Assembly: GCA_951406725.2 (NCBI GenBank)
Contig: OX597832.1
Location: 58,466,001 to 58,530,000, forward strand
Length of the DNA: 64,000 nucleotides
Source of the DNA: Octopus vulgaris
Taxonomy: Eukaryota
Reading direction: 5' to 3'
The notes below the pieces were generated by a model that did no database searches, was not told the origin of the DNA, and saw nothing but the letters and a program-made list of their open reading frames with translations. Each line of letters begins with the position of its first letter. Positions within the stretch are counted from its first letter, which is position 1. This document shows, piece after piece, positions 57,122 through 64,000 of this stretch. The position numbers were made by a program, and so were the translations under genes.

Positions 57122-58506
57122 ATATATATATATGTCTATATATGGCAAATGAAATAAGTATAAAAATGTGCATTGTCCGTTTAATTAAAAAATTCTGTAT
57201 GTGGCTGAAGATTGCTCGACATTTTAAAACTGATGTAATACTTACAGTGTTTAATAAAATGAAGTAGCATGAAACGATTGTACTACACTACCTTGGATAT
57301 CCTAGTTGCTTATAGTATCAAAATGCAACTGTGTATGAAATATCAATGATATAGATGGGAAATGCAAAGAAACAAATGTTTTTAAAACAGTCAATATTTT
57401 TGTAGTTCAAAAATTGTGATTTATGACTTAAGATGATTTATGACATAAAATGTCCTCTAGAATTAACCAGAGCTAATAATGAAAAACAATTCTAAATATT
57501 GTTAAACACACCTCTGCAAATGCAATGTTCATAAGCAATTCACTTTAAATACAACAAACAACAGGCAATGTGACTGTTTTTAGCAGATCCCCAAATGTGG
57601 CCCATGGCAGGCATTGCGTTAATGAAAGAGAAAAGTAGGGAGTGACGTAGAAGAAGCTATGACAAGTCAGAAGAAACAAAACGGTTGGAACTCGAAATAA
57701 ACGCGACTAGATTGATCTTATCGATATTATAATAATGAAGGCAGGTTGTTAATTAGTTTGGAGTATGTAATTTTTACAAAAGGAAAACAATTATTAATTT
57801 TAAATGACGTAGTAACATTAATCTAAACACGATTGTTTTTGACTCGTCTATTGTTACACAGTATAAGTGACAGCTATAATAAATACGGCCGCTTATGATG
57901 TTGAAGATTTGAAGTTCGTAGACTAATTAAATTTCTCATGTAAACCCAGATAGATAGATTGATTTTTTCAAGTGTTATTTGTGAGTGTATGAAAAACTGA
58001 ACCCTTATCAATAGATTCCAGGCAATCATCAATAAATAAACTTCTAATTCAACAGCAGACCTTCCATTCGGATAGCTTTTACTTTCTAGTTTTCATTCCC
58101 GTTCGTTTTCTTTCGTTATTTATCTCATTCTCACCTGTGTTTCCCTCGTCCTCCACTTCTCATTACAAAGCCCTATGCCTTCCATTTTCACGTAGCGTTT
58201 TAATGTATTACTTTCGAACTTCAGTTTTTCATTTTGTGCAAGCGTGCGTCGTGCCTCTGTGTGTGTTCGTGCGTGCGTGTGTTTTCGTTTGATCTGTCCG
58301 CCTACGAAAATAGGAATAAGCGCAGATGATAACAGATAGATTGTTTGGGGAAAATTTATCGCATTGTATTTAATATTTAAACACGGCCATTGACAACAGT
58401 GGGAAGGAAAATATTTGCAGATAGGTGAGTCGGTAGAAAGATAGGTATTAAAAGAGAGGTAGAGTAGATAAATAGTTATGTATATTTGTATGGGCGTGTG
58501 AATGTG

Positions 58507-58561
<55 letters not shown>

Positions 58562-59281
58562 GGGGGGAGAGAGAGTTCGATCGATAGATAGATAAATGGA
58601 TAAAGATATATATATATATATCACATATATATATATGCCTTCGTCTTTTGTTTAATTTCATAAAGCTTCCCGTTATATATTATGCGCTCACGTGGTCTCA
58701 CTTTCATCCTATATTCTACCAATACCACTATCAACACTTACCTCTACCTTGGATTTTCTTTACCTCTTGGATACTTACCATTGGCTGCACCTCTCTTTCG
58801 CGGATCAAAGTGACTTTGCATTGATGTGAAATCCTTAAAAAATATACCACGACGTCTACACATTTCTCACCTTGAACTTCAACCTTGAACTTGTTCGCAT
58901 AAACTGTCCCGTTTGTTGTATTTTTATTTTCTCTTATATTACCACTTTTTTTACATTCATTTCATGCTTCCCACATTTTCCTGAATTTTTGTTCTCCTTT
59001 CCGTCTTTCTTCCCTCTCTGGATGTCCATACTCCGTTTCCTCTGCCTGCACCCCCCTTTTTTTGCCTCCCCTCTCTCTGCTTCCCTTCTTTCTTTCCCTT
59101 TTCCGTTTGCCCCGTCTTTTCTGCCCCTATCGCTTACTTATCTAGTTTTTTCTTACGATTATTATTTTTTTGTTTTTTTGAACGTTTGTTTTTTCCCCTT
59201 TTTTCGCTATCCCCTTTTTTTCTATTTTTTTCATACGATAATTTTTTGTTTTTTCGAACGTTTTTTTCCCGCTATCCCATC

Positions 59282-62187
59282 ATGCCGGATCCTAGGTCCT
59301 ACCTCCTCACCCTCCATCACCGTTTGAAGGATCATCTACGTTCGCTTCCTGTATATTGCCTTCAGCCGTCCGTTAATCTCTCTCTACTTCTTTTTAAAAA
59401 AACCCGCTTCTCTAGCCATGTCTCTTTCCTAAGCCGCTGCCTACATCACCGACTCATCCCTAAAGGTTTCCGCCTCCACTTCCACCCTGCTCTCCACTCG
59501 GATTCTTCCATCTTACCCATACTCCGCACCACATCTTACCGCCTTATGCGGGCCACCATTCGCTCCAATCTCTCCAAACTACATGCCATCAACCGCCTTC
59601 TTCCTCCTGCTTTCTCCACCTTCTTCTCCTCTCTGCCGCCTCTCTATGCTCCAAACACGCTACGCTTCATTATCCATTTGAATCAACTCTTCCATCAATT
59701 TCTTTCTGATACCAAACTTCGTAAACTCCAATCACTCTTCCATTCCACCCTACCCGACGCCACTACCCCAACTCCTCCACCACCCTTCTCCCCTCCCGAT
59801 AGGCTCCATCCACCCACACCTAACCCCACTGCCCCTCCCTACAACCCCTTCTCCCCTCCCGTTAGGCTCCATCCACCTACACCTAACCCTACTGCCCCGC
59901 CCAACCACCCCCCACACACCTCCCCAATCCCTCCCCCTCAGACCTCCACGAGACCTACCACCCCTCCTACTTCTATTCCACCCACCCCTTCTCCACTTCC
60001 GTCTGTTGTTACCATTCCCCCCGATCTTCCCCTCTCTGCGGCTGAACGCTCCGTCCTTGGTAGGGGTCTGCGTTTCATCCCCCTCACTCCATCCTGTAAG
60101 GAATTCCAGACGCGAGTTGATGTCCACAGCTTTGTGCGCCGTGTCCGGTTGGGTGCGCATTACCACGACTCGCCACCCACACCCAACGAAGAGGACGACT
60201 GCTTCACTGGCCTGGGCCGCCGACCATCCCCGTGGACGCCTGCTCCTGGCCAGATCCTAGCAGTGGATCTTTTCGCGGGCGCTTGTCAGCGTGCATTGGA
60301 GCGGTTCAACTTCTCCAGGCGCCAACGCCGCCTCAACATCTCCCCGGCTGAGCTCTTGGCTCTTCGTTCCCTCCAACGGCGCGCTGACATTATCATCAAA
60401 CCGGCTGACAAGGGTGGAGCTGTAGTGGTGTGGCGCGCGGAACTCTATAGGGCCGAGGCTTTCCGCCAACTCAATGACACCTCCTTCTATTCCCCTCTGC
60501 CCTCTAACCCCACACGTAGCTACCAACAGACGGTATCCTCTACTGTCCAAGACCTCATCTCGTCCTCCCGTCTCCCCCGCACCGCATCCAACCTAATTGT
60601 GCGAACCCCACGTACCCCCACCATTTACTTCCTCCCCAAAATCCACAAACCCAACAACCCTGGCCGCCCCATCGTCTCCGCCTGTAACTGCCCCACGGAG
60701 CTCATCTCTAAATACCTCGACCGTGTCCTTGCCCCCTAGTGGCATCTCTTCCCTCCCACATCCACGATACCAACCATGCTCTCCGGCTTTTCAACTCTTT
60801 CTCCTTTCCTCCCGGCTCCTCCAAAATCCTTTTTACTATGGACATCCAAAGCCTCTATACTGTTATCCCTCACCACGAAGGACTGCAGGCCCTTCAACAC
60901 TTTCTTCAACGCTCTAACCCTGTACCTGACACCTCCACACTCATTCGTCTGGCCGAACTTGTCCTTACTCTGAACTGCTTCTCGTTCGCGGGCGAGTTCT
61001 ACCATCAGGTCTCGGGAGTGGCCATGGGAACGCGAATGGGCCCCAACTATGCGAACCTGTTCGTTGGCTATGTTGAGGCCCAAATATTCTCAAATTTCAC
61101 TGGTCCCACTCCTGAACTATATGGTCGTTATATTGACGACATTATCGGTGCCACCTCACTCTCCCGCGAACATCTAGATTCCTTCCTCTCTTTCGTCCAA
61201 TCTTTCCATCCAGCCCTCCACTTCACTTCCACTATCTCCAACACCTCTGTCTCCTTCCTCGACATTTCGGTTAGCATTCTTCACTCCACTCTTACCACCT
61301 CCATTCACTACAAACACACAGACTCACACTCATACCTCAACTTCTCTTCCTCCCACCCAGAACACACCAAGCTTTCCATCCCCTATTCCCAATTCCTCCG
61401 TCTACGTAGGCTCTGTAGTGACGACCATGACTTTGAGACTCAGTCTCAACGTATGGCTCACCACTTCACCCTACGTGGATACCCCCTCACCACTATCCAC
61501 ACCGCCCTTGCCAGAGCACGGTCCGTGGACCGTGTATCTGCTCTCTCTCCCCGAACCCACCCTGTAGTCTCCCGCCTCCCTTTTCCCCTCACTTACCACC
61601 CCACGACCCTACGTCTCCAACGCACCATTCTTCGAGCTTTCCGTCATCTCCAGTCCGACCCGTCCACTTCACACCTCTTCCCTAACCGACCCCTCCCCTC
61701 TTTCAAACGAGCCCACAACCTTCGAGACCTTTTGGTCCATAGCTCCTTCCCTGACCCTACCTCCCAACCCGGCTCGTTCCCCTGCTCCCGCCCACGTTGC
61801 CGCACTTGCCCTTACCTCTCCAACACCACCCGCCTCACTAGCACCCACCATCGACCCTATCCCATCATCCACTCCTTCACCTGCACCTCCAGCAATATTA
61901 TCTATTGCATCTCTTGCTCTCTCTGCAATTCCTTGTATATCGGACAAACGGGACGCCGCTTGGCTGACCGGTTCGCGGAACACCTTCGTGACATCCACCT
62001 TGCGAACGACACACCGGTCTCACGCCATTTCCGCTCCACCGGTCACTCCTTGCAACACCTATCTGTGTTCGGTTTGTCCTTACACAGAGGCCATCCGGAT
62101 TCCCGTTTGCGCCGTGAACAGGAATTAATCTTCTCTCTTCGCTCTTATACGCCATTTGGTCTCAACTCTCCCCCCTCCTCATCTAAC
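59282..62187 (+). pseudogene. PLE polyprotein (N-terminal region, RT, thumb, Cys Zn finger, GIY-YIG endonuclease) broken by a 1-nt frameshift at ~60732-60739
   Basis: ATG at 59282 (MPDPRS). Motifs IIIKPADKGGAVVV, YFLPKIHKPNNPGRPIVS, TMDIQSLYT, GVAMGTRMGPNYANLF, RYIDDI, FLDI, CSRPRCRTC, IIYCISCSLCNSLYIGQTGRRLADRFAEH and GLN. Adding one C to GCCCCC-TAG joins ORF 59186-60739 to ORF 60739-62502 (APLVASLP). The true stop is probably near 62187 (inferred); the Pro/Ser tail beyond is read-through into a pyrimidine tract. Confidence 0.92.
59783..59900 (+). repeat. in-frame 63-bp tandem duplication in the Pro-rich linker of the PLE ORF
   Basis: CCCTTCTCCCCTCCCG(A/T)TAGGCTCCATCCACC... at 59783 and 59846; peptide PFSPP(D/V)RLHPPTPNPTAPP twice. 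Confidence 0.9.
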
Positions 62188-62499
62188 CCCCCTCTCCCCC
62201 CTCCTCACCTATCCTTTCTTCCCCCGACCCCTACTTCTACAGTCCTTCATCCTTTCACCCCTACTCCCCTTCCCTTCTTCCCTCTTTCTCCCTCCCTCTT
62301 CCCCTTCCCTCTGCTCCCTCACTCCCTCTCTCCTCCTTCATCCCCCTCCTCCCCTTCCTTCTCCCCCATCCTCTCCTCTTCCCCCTTCTCCTCCCCCTCT
62401 TCTTCCCCTCGCCTTCTCTCCCCCTCTTCTCCCCCTCCCCCTCTTCTCCTCACTACACCACATGACTTTACACATCACATCACATATGATGTGCCATAC

Positions 62500-62835
62500 T
62501 AATACACACACCAACTAATACATACTAATACGTACTAATACATACCAGTACATACTAATACTTACACCAACCCTATACATACACACGTCCAGACCCCGCA
62601 TACGCACTTATACTCTCTCACACACACACACACACACACCTATACATACCAATACGTACTAATACATACTAATACATACTAATACATACACCAACCCCAT
62701 ACATACGCACGTCCAGACCAATCTTACGCACTAATACTCTCTCATACACACACACACACACACACACACCCTTATACATACTAATACATACACCAACCCT
62801 ATACATACACACATCCAGACCCCTCCCACGCACTT
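62500..62835 (+). repeat. ~120-bp imperfect tandem repeat (about 3 units) in the PLE 3' UTR
   Basis: Recurrent CATACTAATA...CACCAACCC(T/C)ATACATAC...CCAGACC...CGCACT blocks separated by (CA)n. Confidence 0.75.
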
Positions 62836-63005
62836 TTAGCTGGTCCCTCAACCCGTTTATCAACCCTATTATCTCCCCTTATTTCGCTCTCGCGTCTCAT
62901 GTTTGATCTTTGACCTCTGGCCGAAATCAGATCGCCATGTTGATTCGTTAGCTACTGCACGCATTTTTTTCTCTCCTTCTTTCTGTGTTTTTCTCTCTCT
63001 GTGTA

Positions 63006-63043
63006 TCTTTCTGTTGAAGAGCGTAGGCTCGAAACGTTAAAGA
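63006..63043 (+). ncRNA. minimal type I hammerhead-like motif in PLE 3' pseudo-LTR (variant core)
   Basis: TCTTT-CTGTTGAA-GAGC(GTAG)GCTC-GAAA-CG-TT-AAAGA: stem I TCTTT/AAAGA, stem II GAGC/GCTC, palindromic AACGTT in place of stem III. The core departs from CUGANGA (A6U plus an extra A). Confidence 0.6.
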
Positions 63044-63140
63044 CTTGTTTTATTTATATTTCCTGAGCGCCATACTAATACAATTGTTCGTTTGTTTTCC
63101 ACCTGCCTTCGTCTTTTGTTTATTTTCATAAAGCTTCCCG

Positions 63141-63175
<35 letters not shown>

Positions 63176-63539
63176 TAGATAGATAGATAGAAAGAAAGAT
63201 AGATACATGGATTGACAATAGAAGAGAAAGAGAAGAATAGATATTTGAAATATATGCAAACATACAAATAGACAGACACATAGACACACACACACGCAAG
63301 TACACACAAACATACATATATGTATGTATATATATATATATATATATATTATAGATAGATAGGAAGACAGACATTCAGACTGAGAGTAAACAGTAAATTT
63401 CTGAGATTTACTTGAGTGTGCTGACAATCAAATGCAATAGAATATGCGTTTGCTTTATAAAGAAAAAATTACGTGAGCACCATAAGTGTTTGTCCACATT
63501 TATATTACATGTGCACATATAATATTTTAGTATTACATA

Positions 63540-63738
63540 GGCGGTGAGCACGTTGGGAGAAATGCTTAGCAGTATTTCGTCTGCCGCAACGTTCTGAGTT
63601 CAAATTCCGCCGAGGTAGACTTTGCTTTTCATCCTTTCGGGGTCGATAAATTAAGTACCAGTTGCGTACTGGAGTCGATCTAATCGACTGGCCTCCGCCC
63701 CCAGACTTTCGGGCCTTGTGCCTAGAGTAGAAAAGAAT
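63540..63738 (+). mobile_element. family A SINE
   Basis: GGCGGTGAGC...TTCTGAGTTCAAATTCCGCCGAGG...CCTAGAGTAGAAAAGAAT. Confidence 0.88.
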
Positions 63739-63761
63739 ATGTTATACGAAATATATTTTTA

Positions 63762-63878
<117 letters not shown>

Positions 63879-63924
63879 CCTATCTACCTATCTCTCTCTC
63901 TCTATATATATATATATATCTATA

Positions 63925-63956
<32 letters not shown>

Positions 63957-64000
63957 AGTACATATGCGTGGTTGTGTGGTAAGAAACTTGCTTCCTAACT

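Larger units (their letters stand above)
58636..63148 (+). mobile_element. Penelope-like retroelement (Neptune-type), near full length, with a short 5' direct copy of the 3' pseudo-LTR end
   Basis: Contains a PLE RT + GIY-YIG ORF. GCCTTCGTCTTTTGTTTA(A/T)TTTCATAAAGCTTCCCGTTATATAT occurs at ~58637-58680 and again at ~63105-63148. Both ends abut (TA)n. Hammerhead-like motif at 63006-63043. Confidence 0.93.

Noticed and set aside
60725-60745. Programmed ribosomal frameshift in the PLE
   Set aside because: No X-XXY-YYZ slippery heptamer; PLEs normally have a single ORF; a 1-nt loss in a C run explains it.

Overview
AT-rich, extremely microsatellite-rich eukaryotic DNA with no intact host gene that I can support. 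The SINE repertoire (tRNA-headed CORE-type and Meta-domain-type SINEs) and the microsatellite load suggest a coleoid cephalopod, probably Octopus; this is an inference. Almost all ORFs in the supplied track are simple-repeat artefacts. Real content: (1) a near-complete Penelope-like retroelement (PLE; RT + Zn finger + GIY-YIG, one frameshift) at 58.6-63.15 kb, and a 5'-truncated PLE with an inverted ~545-bp pseudo-LTR at 43.05-45.07 kb. Both sit in (TA)n and both carry minimal hammerhead-ribozyme motifs, one with a compensatory U3:A8 core. (2) Several more scattered hammerhead-like motifs and a non-autonomous PLE-like family with tandem terminal repeats. (3) A decayed, apparently intron-poor class C (mGluR/CaSR-like) GPCR pseudogene at 17.2-21.5 kb whose 7TM part is inverted relative to its N-terminal part. 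(4) R4/Dong, CR1 and RTE LINE fragments, several MITEs, and about 40 SINE copies, including multimers that appear to have inserted as single units. All homology calls were made by eye from motifs, not from database searches.
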